DNA of 64,000 bases from Clostridia bacterium (GTDB lineage Bacteria; Bacillota; Clostridia; Christensenellales; SZUA-584). The notes below the pieces were generated by a model that saw only the letters and a program-made list of their open reading frames with translations, had not been told where the DNA came from and searched no databases. Where the stretch lies: assembly GCA_003249555.1 (NCBI GenBank), contig QKIQ01000067.1, forward strand, positions 27,835 through 91,834, given 5' to 3'. Each line of letters starts with the position of its first letter. The first letter of the stretch is position 1. This document shows positions 8,801-17,671 of this stretch, one piece after another. The translations under genes and the position numbers were made by a program.

Positions 8801-8932
8801 TCATTGTCCTCCAAAATTCGCTTGATTCGTGGCGGCATAATGGCTCGCCCGTCCAATTTAATATTATAGCGTAACGAATTTTGTTTGTCATCTGTAAGAA
8901 TACTTAAATGTCAGAAAGTCAAGAAAAAACAA

Positions 8933-8959
8933 TGTTAAGTCATGTAAAAAACACGTTAA
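8933..8959 (-). promoter_or_regulatory. Putative PhoP (pho) box upstream of Na/Pi transporter
   Basis: Minus strand TTAACG, TTTACA, TTAACA at 11/10-bp spacing, matching Firmicute TT(A/T/C)ACA repeats. Confidence 0.5.
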
Positions 8960-9129
8960 CATCATAAAGCATATAGAAATATGCCATATTTTATAGAATA
9001 CTTTCGACATATGTATTTATTCCAAAAAACAAAAAACAATACAAGAAAATAAAAATTATGGGAACAAATTATACCGATTAAGCGTCAAGATTATTGATAA
9101 TTTTCAATTAGAAATGATTAGGAGGACGA

Positions 9130-9306
9130 ATGGCTGAGCTTAACAGACAAAAACGTATTTGGGTTTCCAGCCCGCAACCCACTGACAATAAGGCCAAAGC
9201 GGTTGTTATTTGTACGATAATAATCCTTGGTGTTGCGGCGCTTTTGTTATGCATTTTCGGTTTTATCCCCGCGATTCTTTCCGATGTGGCTGATTTCGTG
9301 AGCTAG
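9130..9306 (+). CDS. Small single-TM hypothetical protein (58 aa; absent from ORF track)
   Basis: Strong RBS AGGAGG; MAELNRQKRIWVSSPQPTDNKAKAVVICTIIILGVAALLLCIFGFIPAILSDVADFVS. Confidence 0.65.
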   Translation: MAELNRQKRIWVSSPQPTDNKAKAVVICTIIILGVAALLLCIFGFIPAILSDVADFVS

Positions 9307-9354
9307 AAACACATCGTTTCTGTGGTTTTAAAAGAATTCTTATCAGGTTATTGA

Positions 9355-9517
9355 ACCTTTCAAAAAAATTTGCTTGCAGTGAACGCAATCGATGGCAGTG
9401 TGATCGATTTGCGGCAAGGATATTGAATCTGGATAGTATCGCGGCTTGTCAACGCGATAGATGGCAGCGTTATTCCTCGCCATCGTGGAAAAATGATAAA
9501 AAATAACGCGGGGCTAA
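9355..9517 (+). pseudogene. Two tandem C-terminal remnants of DUF6034-like genes
   Basis: One frame reads LLAVNAIDGSVIDLRQGY* then LVNAIDGSVIPRHRG..*; no start codon; motif like FMINALDGSGI in the gene at 63426. Confidence 0.55.
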
Positions 9518-9686
9518 TATTTTAAGAATATTTTGGGATATTCGCGTCATTTGCCCCAATTTCCTTGACATATCTCAATCTGTCGTATATGCTAAAGATA
9601 ACAAAACATAATGCGGCAGATTGTTTGTTTTTTGATTCTTGAAAAGCGAAGGTTTTCGGGAGCAGAATTGGTGGAGGGTGGAAACG

Positions 9687-10094
9687 ATGAAAAAGAGACT
9701 GGCAGACTCGGAATGGGTCATATTAAAGGCGCTCTGGGGGAGGCCCCCGCAAACGATGAAGCAGATTATCAAAACGGTGCAGGATCAGCAAAGCGATGTC
9801 GAGTGGAGCTACAAGACGTACCATACGTATTTGCGCAACATGGCAAAAAAGGGGCTGCTGCTTGCGGAAGAGCGAAACTTAAAGGATAAGCAGTATTCGC
9901 CGTTAATCTCTGAGCAAGATGCTATGGCTGCGGAAGGCGGCGAACTCACATCGCGCCGCGGTTTTTTTGGCTCGGTGGGAAGGCTGATGCTCACCATGGC
10001 GGACAACGGCCAGCTGACAGAGCAGGACAGACAAGAGCTTATGGCACTTGCCAAGCGGCTGGAACGCGAAGCGTCAGAGAAAAACGGCAGCTGA
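9687..10094 (+). CDS. BlaI/MecI/CopY family repressor
   Basis: RBS GGAGGG; LADSEWVILKALW, WSYKTYHTYLRNMAKKG, YSPLIS. Confidence 0.88.
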   Translation: MKKRLADSEWVILKALWGRPPQTMKQIIKTVQDQQSDVEWSYKTYHTYLRNMAKKGLLLAEERNLKDKQYSPLISEQDAMAAEGGELTSRRGFFGSVGRLMLTMADNGQLTEQDRQELMALAKRLEREASEKNGS

Positions 10095-10346
10095 AAATAT
10101 TACCTTTTTATTAAATTTAATAAATGCATGGCACTTTTGGCTCTTTACGACGTCTTATATGTGTATAAGCGAAGGGGTTGTGTTGTCTTATGCATTTTTT
10201 ACGAATGTTGATTATATAATGCAGTCTTTTTATTGTAAAAATTAAATTGCATATATTTTTTTCATTCACAGAAAACAGATTTATGTGTATAATGTGTACG
10301 ATGATGCTAAAAATAGACAATATACATTTTATATGAGAGGGTCGTT

Positions 10347-12143
10347 ATGATTAGCGAAACAAATGGGAACATGGAAATGAGCAACGGCAAAACGAAGGGC
10401 AGACGCATTTTTTTAATCGCCGCATCGGGCGTGCTGCTCGTGGCGCTGGCTGTTGCGGCGGTATTTGTGTTTGGAAGCAGTGCCGAAAGGGTACAGCGTG
10501 TACTCGATTTTAACACGGTGACGCAGGGAGTCAGCGTCAACGGTATCGATATATCAGGGCTGACAGACGAAGACGCAAGAGCGGCAACCGAAGGACTTGT
10601 CAAGGAACTGCTCAGTGCCAATTCCTTCACATTTATTGTCCACGACCAGACACACACCTATGCGCTGGAAGATTTAAGCGTGAGAACGGACTATGACGAT
10701 ATCATAGCGCAGGCAATCGATTACGGACGAACGGGTACATTTGCGGAACGTTTGGGCGCTTATGACAAGGCAAAGAGCGAAGGTGTGACGTTCGGCGTGA
10801 GCCTTAAGGCGGAGGAGGACAAGCTGCGCGCTGCGCTGGCCGATATAAAGAAAGAGCTTGATCAGGCGCCGCAGGACGCAAAAGCCGAGTTTATGCCATG
10901 CGGCTTTACGTTGGATAACGGAGCGCCCGTGCCGTTTGAGCCGAATCCCAAGGAAATGGCAGACACACACGCGGATAAAAAGCAAATTGAACGGCCTGAA
11001 CTGGTGAGAATTGATGAGTTGCCGAATAAATTGAGATACCAGTTCTGGAATGAACATGAATATGAAGAAGAGGATTACATCCCCGTTGATGCGGATATAG
11101 CCCGGTTCTATTACGAGCCTGAGGTGACGGGTTTTGATGTGGATACCGACGCGATCTATGAGCAGGTGATGAACGCGGTAACAAGCGGTGACTTCAGCGA
11201 AATCGAGGTGCCCACTCAGGTGACGGAAGCGGTAGTCAAGCTGGATGATATCAAAGCGAATACACAGCTTATCTCGTCGTGGACATCCAGCTACAGGGGT
11301 CATTCTGGCTATGACAGAAATTGGAATGTATCCCGTATGTCCAGTTTTGTGGATGGGGTGATCATAAAACCGGGAGAGCAATGGTCTGTTAATGATGAAG
11401 CCGGTCCGCGCAATTCAACGACAGCCAGAGAAATCGGCTGGAAGGAAGCGGGGGGGCTAGAGCTTGGCGGTACAACACAACAAGTTGGCGGCGGCGTCTG
11501 CCAACTGGGCAGCACAATATACAATGCCGCTCTGCGCGCAAATTTAACCATCGCGAAATTTAGCCACCACTCAATACCGTCGGAATATATTGAGCTTGGT
11601 CTCGACGCGACACTGAGTACACCGTCGCCCGATCTTGTGCTGCAAAATGACAATACGATGCCGGTATATCTCGTGTCTTATGTCGATCCCAAAAAAGAGA
11701 CGGTGACGGTGGAGGTTTACGGCCAGTTGCCAGTTGACCCGACATACGGCGAAAACATTATATATAATTTTACTTCGGAAAATAAAAGGCGGTATGGTTC
11801 GCCGGGATCTATCACCCTTTACAATCAAACCCAGACCCCTAACGGCAAGACATTAAGCCCTGACTGCCCCACGATCGAATTCGCGTCACCGCGCGTGGGA
11901 ACAAAAGCGGATGTCTACAAGCATATTTTGTCTTCAATAGACGGAAAAGAACTTTGCGATCCGATATTCTATGAAGAAGCTGATTATAGGCCGATATCGG
12001 GAAGGATTTACTGCTATTGGCCGGAATCCGGTCCGCCTCCTGTCGAAGAGACGGTTCCGGTGGACAATCAGCCAACAGACGGGACAACACAGCCGACAGA
12101 CGGGACAACACAGCCGACAGACGGGACACAGCCGACTGAATAG
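10347..12143 (+). CDS. VanW family protein with N-terminal TM and peptidoglycan-binding region
   Basis: GVSVNGIDISGLT, GGGVCQLGSTIYNAAL, HHS, GLDAT, DLVLQN. Confidence 0.88.
   Translation: MISETNGNMEMSNGKTKGRRIFLIAASGVLLVALAVAAVFVFGSSAERVQRVLDFNTVTQGVSVNGIDISGLTDEDARAATEGLVKELLSANSFTFIVHDQTHTYALEDLSVRTDYDDIIAQAIDYGRTGTFAERLGAYDKAKSEGVTFGVSLKAEEDKLRAALADIKKELDQAPQDAKAEFMPCGFTLDNGAPVPFEPNPKEMADTHADKKQIERPELVRIDELPNKLRYQFWNEHEYEEEDYIPVDADIARFYYEPEVTGFDVDTDAIYEQVMNAVTSGDFSEIEVPTQVTEAVVKLDDIKANTQLISSWTSSYRGHSGYDRNWNVSRMSSFVDGVIIKPGEQWSVNDEAGPRNSTTAREIGWKEAGGLELGGTTQQVGGGVCQLGSTIYNAALRANLTIAKFSHHSIPSEYIELGLDATLSTPSPDLVLQNDNTMPVYLVSYVDPKKETVTVEVYGQLPVDPTYGENIIYNFTSENKRRYGSPGSITLYNQTQTPNGKTLSPDCPTIEFASPRVGTKADVYKHILSSIDGKELCDPIFYEEADYRPISGRIYCYWPESGPPPVEETVPVDNQPTDGTTQPTDGTTQPTDGTQPTE
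12069..12140 (+). repeat. 21-bp coding tandem repeat (QPTDGTT x~3.5)
   Basis: cagccaacagacgggacaaca / cagccgacagacgggacaaca / cagccgacagacgggaca / cagccgact. Confidence 0.9.
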
Positions 12144-12332
12144 CCGTCGACGTAATATCTTTGGATGAGAATCAAAGTAATAGAATGATAAAAGTGGGGG
12201 TGGCTTGTTTGCCACCCTTTTTTGCGGCATAAAGTTTATCATTCCGTATTAAAGACAGGAGATTGTGCTCTGGCTTGTGTAATAAAATCAAGAGGAATAT
12301 AATGAGATATCATTTTAAGGAGTTTTTAAACA

Positions 12333-13178
12333 ATGCAAAAAAGGATTGCCGCTATACACGACATCTCGGGCTTTGGAAAATGCTCGTTGACTGTGGCGCT
12401 GCCTATCATTTCCGCAGCAGGCATTGAAGTCAGCGTTATTCCCACTGCCGTGCTGTCCACGCACACCGGCGGCTTCACAGGTTTTACCTATAGGGATTTG
12501 ACTGAAGATATTCTGTCTATCACCGATCATTGGTGCTCGCTCGATCTGAAGTTCGACGCGATTTATACGGGCTTTTTGGGTTCGTTTGAGCAGATCACCA
12601 TCATGGAGCAGGTCATCGGTCGTTTGCGTACCGACAATAATTTGATTCTGGTCGACCCTGTAATGGCGGACAACGGCGTGCTTTACAAAGTGTTTCCGGA
12701 CAGCTTTCCTGACGGTATGAGACGGCTTTGCGCCAAAGCAGACATCATTGTGCCGAATATGACAGAAGCGGCGCTGCTCATCGGGCAGGAATACAAGCAG
12801 GGGCCGTATACGCGTGAATATATAGAAGATATGCTTAAAAAACTCGCGGGGCTCGGGCCGCGGCGCATTGTGCTGACGGGTGTTTATTTCAATGGTTCAC
12901 AGCTGGGCGCGGCTTCTTACGACAGACATAAAGGTGAGGTGGAATACGCGTTTTCTCCGCGCGTTGAAGGGTATTATCATGGCACGGGCGATGTGTTTGC
13001 AAGTGTGCTGCTTTCAGCTGTGTTGAAAGGGTTTCCCCTCGCTGATGCGGCGCAGATTGCGGTGGATTTCACCGCGCAGAGCATTGAACGTACACGCCTT
13101 GCGGGTACGGATGTGCGATATGGCGTGAATTTTGAGGAAGGCTTGCCCATGCTTATGCAGCGGCTGAATATAAAGTAG
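12333..13178 (+). CDS. pdxK: Pyridoxamine/pyridoxal kinase
   Basis: HDISGFGKCSL, STHTG, YTGFLG, VDPVMAD, GTGDVFAS. Confidence 0.9.
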   Translation: MQKRIAAIHDISGFGKCSLTVALPIISAAGIEVSVIPTAVLSTHTGGFTGFTYRDLTEDILSITDHWCSLDLKFDAIYTGFLGSFEQITIMEQVIGRLRTDNNLILVDPVMADNGVLYKVFPDSFPDGMRRLCAKADIIVPNMTEAALLIGQEYKQGPYTREYIEDMLKKLAGLGPRRIVLTGVYFNGSQLGAASYDRHKGEVEYAFSPRVEGYYHGTGDVFASVLLSAVLKGFPLADAAQIAVDFTAQSIERTRLAGTDVRYGVNFEEGLPMLMQRLNIK

Positions 13179-13204
13179 CAATTAACGCATTATCATTAAT
13201 ATAT

Positions 13205-14167
13205 TTATCTATTCGACCGATAATAGCGGCTGTTTTCGCGGAACCAACCGATCGTTTTTTTTAGGCCCTCTTCTAGGCTGCGGGTGCTGTGCCAACCTAA
13301 CAGCTGTGCCGCAAGACGGACATCCGGAACCGGCGACCAAAGCTCGTTGGTGCGGAATGGCAGCGCGCCGTAGCGGACTTCGCTGTGCGGCATCATTATC
13401 GCGCGTATCTGCTCGATATAGTTTCGGAGCGGGCATGCTTTGCCTGTGCCGATGTTGATAACGGTTTTTTTGAGAACGTCTTTACTATAAGCTGCTATAA
13501 AAGCATCCACAATATCGTCCACATAGCAATAGTCCCGGCTTTGCGTACACGGTGTGAGGTCTAAGTGTTCGCCGCTCAGCATCGATAGAATGGCATGGCA
13601 GAATATTTTATGCTGCGGCTCCGCTTCTCCGTATACACCGAACGGACGCAGCGTTACGATACCGATGTCGTTTTGTGCCGCATATTGATGCGCAATGATA
13701 GTGGCGGCAGCCTTTGTGCTGGCATACGCATTTTCGGGGTGCAGCGGAGCGTTCTCGCCGACTGAACCTTCATGGTTGCCATATTCAGCGCCGCTGCCCG
13801 CTGTAACGATGCGGCTGCATCCGCAGTCTTTCATCGCTTTTATCACATTGATCGTGCCGGTGACGTTCACGCTCGCCGCTTGTGTGATATCCTGTTGTGC
13901 GGCATCTGTTCCGTATACGGCAAGATGGAAAACGCCATCGGGCCGGGTGTCGGCAAAAATCCGGCATATGGTGTTTTCATCAGTGATATCGGCAGCCGCC
14001 AGACGATAATATCCGCCGCAGTCATTCAGCCTCCAGGCAGTGTCTCCGGCTTTTGCAAGCACGATGACATCCGCTTGTTCGCGGATAAGGCGGCGAACCA
14101 GATGAGAGCCAATAAATCCTGTGCCGCCCGTGACCAGTAGTCGTTTACCCGAAAATAACGTATCCAT
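13205..14167 (-). CDS. NAD-dependent nucleotide-sugar epimerase/dehydratase
   Basis: GGTGFIG, YASTK (YxxxK), RDYCYVDD. Confidence 0.9.
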   Translation of the reverse strand: MDTLFSGKRLLVTGGTGFIGSHLVRRLIREQADVIVLAKAGDTAWRLNDCGGYYRLAAADITDENTICRIFADTRPDGVFHLAVYGTDAAQQDITQAASVNVTGTINVIKAMKDCGCSRIVTAGSGAEYGNHEGSVGENAPLHPENAYASTKAAATIIAHQYAAQNDIGIVTLRPFGVYGEAEPQHKIFCHAILSMLSGEHLDLTPCTQSRDYCYVDDIVDAFIAAYSKDVLKKTVINIGTGKACPLRNYIEQIRAIMMPHSEVRYGALPFRTNELWSPVPDVRLAAQLLGWHSTRSLEEGLKKTIGWFRENSRYYRSNR

Positions 14168-16259
14168 TAACGTTCTCCCGTGATGCGTTTAAGCGGAAAG
14201 GGTTTTGGACGTTCTGCACGTTCTCAAACAGTGAAGCCGCATTGAATCCTTTGGTGCGAATATCTCGGTAGATAGCGCTTAAATGCTCAAGATACGGCAC
14301 ATAGATGCTGTCAATAACGCGTTGATCAAAGCTTAGAGGTTCATGTTTCCACAAATCAAACGTGTTTTCGCTGATGACGTTGACGCTGCCGAAATGATAA
14401 GCCGTGAGCTTTTCGCTCCCCAGATAGATTTCGCTGCCTTTGCGGCTTACATTTAGATTGCAGACGTCGTTCATCACTATATTCCACGGCGCCGCCACCA
14501 GACCAACGCAGCCATTGATACGTATGGACGTAAACAAGTCGGGTATCCGGTTAAGATACTTCTGATCGCCCCAGCGGTCAGGCTCGCTGTGATCGTCGTA
14601 GCACCATTCGGTGCATTTGCGCTGCCACCAGCGCAACACCTCTAGAGATTCTGCCGATTTACTGAATCCGATCATGCCCGCCTGATATATGCCGTACTTG
14701 TTTTCCAACGCGGGTGTGCCCAGCTGGCGGTTAAGCAGCGTGGCATAATTGTTCCAAAGCTCATAAATAGGGCGCGGATGTGAGAAAAAATAGATGTCCG
14801 AATCGCAATAAAGCAGGCGGTTTGCGTTGAAATGCTCAAGCACATAGCTGCACAGCGCGGATTTAAGCGTCCAGCAGTATTCGGTGACGGTTTTGGACGG
14901 CCGTGTTTGAAGGATCTTTGCTGTCTCCACATCTTTTGCATGCAGCAATGTGGTATTAGCCAGCCCAAAACGGGAGAGGATGGCATAAGCCGTGTCGTCT
15001 GCACAGCAGATCCACAGGTGGAAATTGCTTAAGTGACGGCGGATTGAACTGTAAAGCGCGAGCGTTTTGGCTAAATAGGTGTGGCTGGAAACGGTACAGA
15101 ATGCGTATTCGCCGCTCCATGTATTGAACTTCAGATTCTTTTCGGAATAGATAAAAGGCGTTTTGGCCAGCGAAAACCTTTTGCTGACAAAAAGCCGCCT
15201 CAAATCTCCCATCTGTGCTTTCACATCAATAATCACCTCCCGCAGAAATCTCAGATACGGTACGTAGATGGCGTCGCGTACGACGGGCTGAATATTAATA
15301 CTGCCGAGGTTCCAAAGATCAAACCGCTGTGCGTCGTATATATCCATGCGGGCAAAATGGTACGCGATAAGCGGTTCGCCGTCTATGGTCACATGGCTGC
15401 CCTGCACAGATATTTTATAGTTGTTGTTATAAACGGTGTTCCACGGTGCCGCGTCAATGCCCTTGTGGGCGGATATCTTGACATCGCTGAACAGCTTCGG
15501 AACCAAATCCAGATATTTTTGGTCTCCCATACGGTTGTCTTCGGCATCAGAAAAGCACCAATCCCGGCACTTGTTTTTCCACCAATGAAGCATCTTAAGA
15601 CCGGTATTGCTGTTTCTTACGCCCAATATGCCGGCTTGATATTTGCCGTATTTTCGTTCGACCCAATCCACATCGCGCTGGGTGCAAAGGTAGATGGCGC
15701 TTTCGCCCCAATCGTTAAACAGCAGTGCCGGGTCTTCCATAAAGCCGATGTCACCGTCACAATAAAGCACTTGAGGCAACCTTAAGACTTCGAGCAGATA
15801 AGCCATGAGGTAGCTTTTGAGTGTCCAGCAGAATTCGCTGGCCGTGCGCTGCTGTTTTATATCAATGAGCTCATCGTCTTTAAGTTCGCTGAGTGATATG
15901 GGAATGCACCGCGGCAGCTTAAGCGCTTTAAACGCATGATATGTGTCATCATCTGTGCAGCAAACGTACATGCGGAAGTGATCTGTCACCGAATCAAGTG
16001 AATGGTATAGCGTGAGCACCTTGAAGGCATACAAAAGATCCGCTACGGTACAGATACAGTAAGCTGCCTCGACCGACGGTTCATCTTCATTCTCGGCATG
16101 TAATGCCTGCTGGAGCACCTTGAAGGACAGTGCAGGCTGATCTGCTCGAGCCGCAGATTCCAGAAATTCATCATTTACAGCTGTGTTTCGCGTACATCCG
16201 GAAGACAGCAGAGCCTTTTTTCCCATAAATAGCTCCGCAGGCATCATTTTTATATTCAT
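14145..16259 (-). CDS. Two-domain GT-A fold glycosyltransferase (internal duplication)
   Basis: Each half has E(F/Y)CWTLK, YCD(G/S)DI (DxD), YQAG, WW..KC..WC, GDQKYL, APWN, YHF. Confidence 0.8.
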   Translation of the reverse strand: MNIKMMPAELFMGKKALLSSGCTRNTAVNDEFLESAARADQPALSFKVLQQALHAENEDEPSVEAAYCICTVADLLYAFKVLTLYHSLDSVTDHFRMYVCCTDDDTYHAFKALKLPRCIPISLSELKDDELIDIKQQRTASEFCWTLKSYLMAYLLEVLRLPQVLYCDGDIGFMEDPALLFNDWGESAIYLCTQRDVDWVERKYGKYQAGILGVRNSNTGLKMLHWWKNKCRDWCFSDAEDNRMGDQKYLDLVPKLFSDVKISAHKGIDAAPWNTVYNNNYKISVQGSHVTIDGEPLIAYHFARMDIYDAQRFDLWNLGSINIQPVVRDAIYVPYLRFLREVIIDVKAQMGDLRRLFVSKRFSLAKTPFIYSEKNLKFNTWSGEYAFCTVSSHTYLAKTLALYSSIRRHLSNFHLWICCADDTAYAILSRFGLANTTLLHAKDVETAKILQTRPSKTVTEYCWTLKSALCSYVLEHFNANRLLYCDSDIYFFSHPRPIYELWNNYATLLNRQLGTPALENKYGIYQAGMIGFSKSAESLEVLRWWQRKCTEWCYDDHSEPDRWGDQKYLNRIPDLFTSIRINGCVGLVAAPWNIVMNDVCNLNVSRKGSEIYLGSEKLTAYHFGSVNVISENTFDLWKHEPLSFDQRVIDSIYVPYLEHLSAIYRDIRTKGFNAASLFENVQNVQNPFRLNASRENVNGYVIFG

Positions 16260-16287
16260 TCGGTCACCAAACTAAGCCTTTCTACAT

Positions 16288-16315
16288 CATTCTATGCAAT
16301 TGTTTGGCGACTGTT
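16288..16315 (-). promoter_or_regulatory. Putative sigma-K promoter for GT-epimerase operon
   Basis: Minus strand AACA-15bp-CATAGAATG. Confidence 0.45.
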
Positions 16316-16369
16316 GCTATGTATTGCGGCTTTTACGTTTTTAAACGAGCCGCATATAGAGTTCTTCAA

Positions 16370-17122
16370 TCATTTTTCTAAACGGAAAGCGTTTTGGCGG
16401 GCATTAAGCAGATCTTTATACGTGTCTATTCCCATCCAAAAACCATCGTGCTTATAAACCGCTAATTCGTCAATCGCCGTTAATTTTTTAAGCAGCGTGG
16501 ATTCCAGAGCGCATCGCTTATCATCCGTCAGGTATTGAAATACAGACTTGTTAAAGACGAAAAATCCTGCGTTGATGGTCAGATTGAGCAACGGTTTTTC
16601 TTTATAAGCTGTAGCCACGCCATTTTTTACCGTCAGTATGCCGTATTGGCTTTGATAATAGACACCGGTGACCGTCGCGAATCTGTCCATCTTGATATGG
16701 TATTCGAGCAGCTTGTCAATATCAATATCGCCGATGCCGTCACCGTATGTGACAAAGAAAGTATCGCCTGTGACATACTTTTCAATCATTTTGATGCGGG
16801 CGCCCGTTTGCGTATCGATTCCGGTATCCACGAACGTGATATTCCAATTGTTTTTGAATTCATCGAGATATTCGATATGGTTATCACTCATGGATAGCTT
16901 ATAATCCAGGTGATTGATATAGTACGTGTTAAAGTACTCCCTGATTTCATCGCCTTTGTAGCCAAGAGGCAATAAAAAATCCCGGATACCATATTGACTG
17001 AACCGATTCATAATATGCCAAATGATCGGCTTCCCGTTAATGTCAGATAACGGCTTTGGCACATTGCCGATCCCTTTGTTCATTCTCATGCCTTTTCCAC
17101 CACAGAGTATGACAGCTTCCAT
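16370..17122 (-). CDS. rfbF: Glucose-1-phosphate cytidylyltransferase-like sugar-phosphate nucleotidyltransferase
   Basis: VILCGGKGMR, PKP, DTG..TQTGARI, TYGDG, INAGFFV, HDGFW. Confidence 0.8.
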   Translation of the reverse strand: MEAVILCGGKGMRMNKGIGNVPKPLSDINGKPIIWHIMNRFSQYGIRDFLLPLGYKGDEIREYFNTYYINHLDYKLSMSDNHIEYLDEFKNNWNITFVDTGIDTQTGARIKMIEKYVTGDTFFVTYGDGIGDIDIDKLLEYHIKMDRFATVTGVYYQSQYGILTVKNGVATAYKEKPLLNLTINAGFFVFNKSVFQYLTDDKRCALESTLLKKLTAIDELAVYKHDGFWMGIDTYKDLLNARQNAFRLEK

Positions 17123-17320
17123 GTGAGTATTTCCTCCAAACTGTATTGTAAAAAGGCTCAGGTGCTTGAGGCAGTCTCACGGCAAACGAGTCCTTTATAA
17201 TATCATATGCCTACGTGTATGAATGTTGATATATGTATATATTATTATTTATACAAAACAAGATAAAAAAGAGTCATAATGATCTTGACATGTAATGTTA
17301 GCCGTGTTAAACTCACCTTA

Positions 17321-17336
17321 GTTAGATGATACTAAC
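17321..17336. promoter_or_regulatory. Palindromic metalloregulator box (DtxR-family-like) upstream of feoA
   Basis: GTTAG-N6-CTAAC; degenerate copy at 17297. Confidence 0.6.
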
Positions 17337-17394
17337 AATGGTGCTGCGAAAGGCACATATCATAAATTTTTCAAGTTTAACGGGGGGATTAAAA

Positions 17395-17616
17395 ATGATG
17401 ACGCTCAATAAAATACCCTGCGGCAAAACTGTTAAAGTCGTAAAGCTTGACAGCCAAGGCGCACTCAAACGCAGAATCATGGATATGGGCATCACGAAAG
17501 GGACACCTGTGACTGTAAAGAAGCTGGCGCCTTTGGGTGATCCAATGGAAATTAACGTCAGAGGATACGAGCTTTCGATGAGAAAAGCGGATGCCGCTAA
17601 CATCGTTGTGGAATAA
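17395..17616 (+). CDS. feoA: Ferrous iron transport protein A
   Basis: RRIMDMGITKG, APLGDP, RGYELSMRK. Confidence 0.93.
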   Translation: MMTLNKIPCGKTVKVVKLDSQGALKRRIMDMGITKGTPVTVKKLAPLGDPMEINVRGYELSMRKADAANIVVE

Positions 17617-17638
17617 TTTAAATTTTTTTACGACATCA

Positions 17639-17654
17639 GTTAGCTTAAGCTAAC
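17639..17654. promoter_or_regulatory. Second metalloregulator palindrome upstream of feoB
   Basis: Perfect palindrome GTTAGCTTAAGCTAAC. Confidence 0.6.
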
Positions 17655-17671
17655 ATTTGGAAGGAGCAAGC

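Noticed and set aside
12069-12140. CRISPR-like repeats
   Set aside because: Tandem in-frame coding repeats without spacers; no cas genes. No CRISPR array seen in the window.
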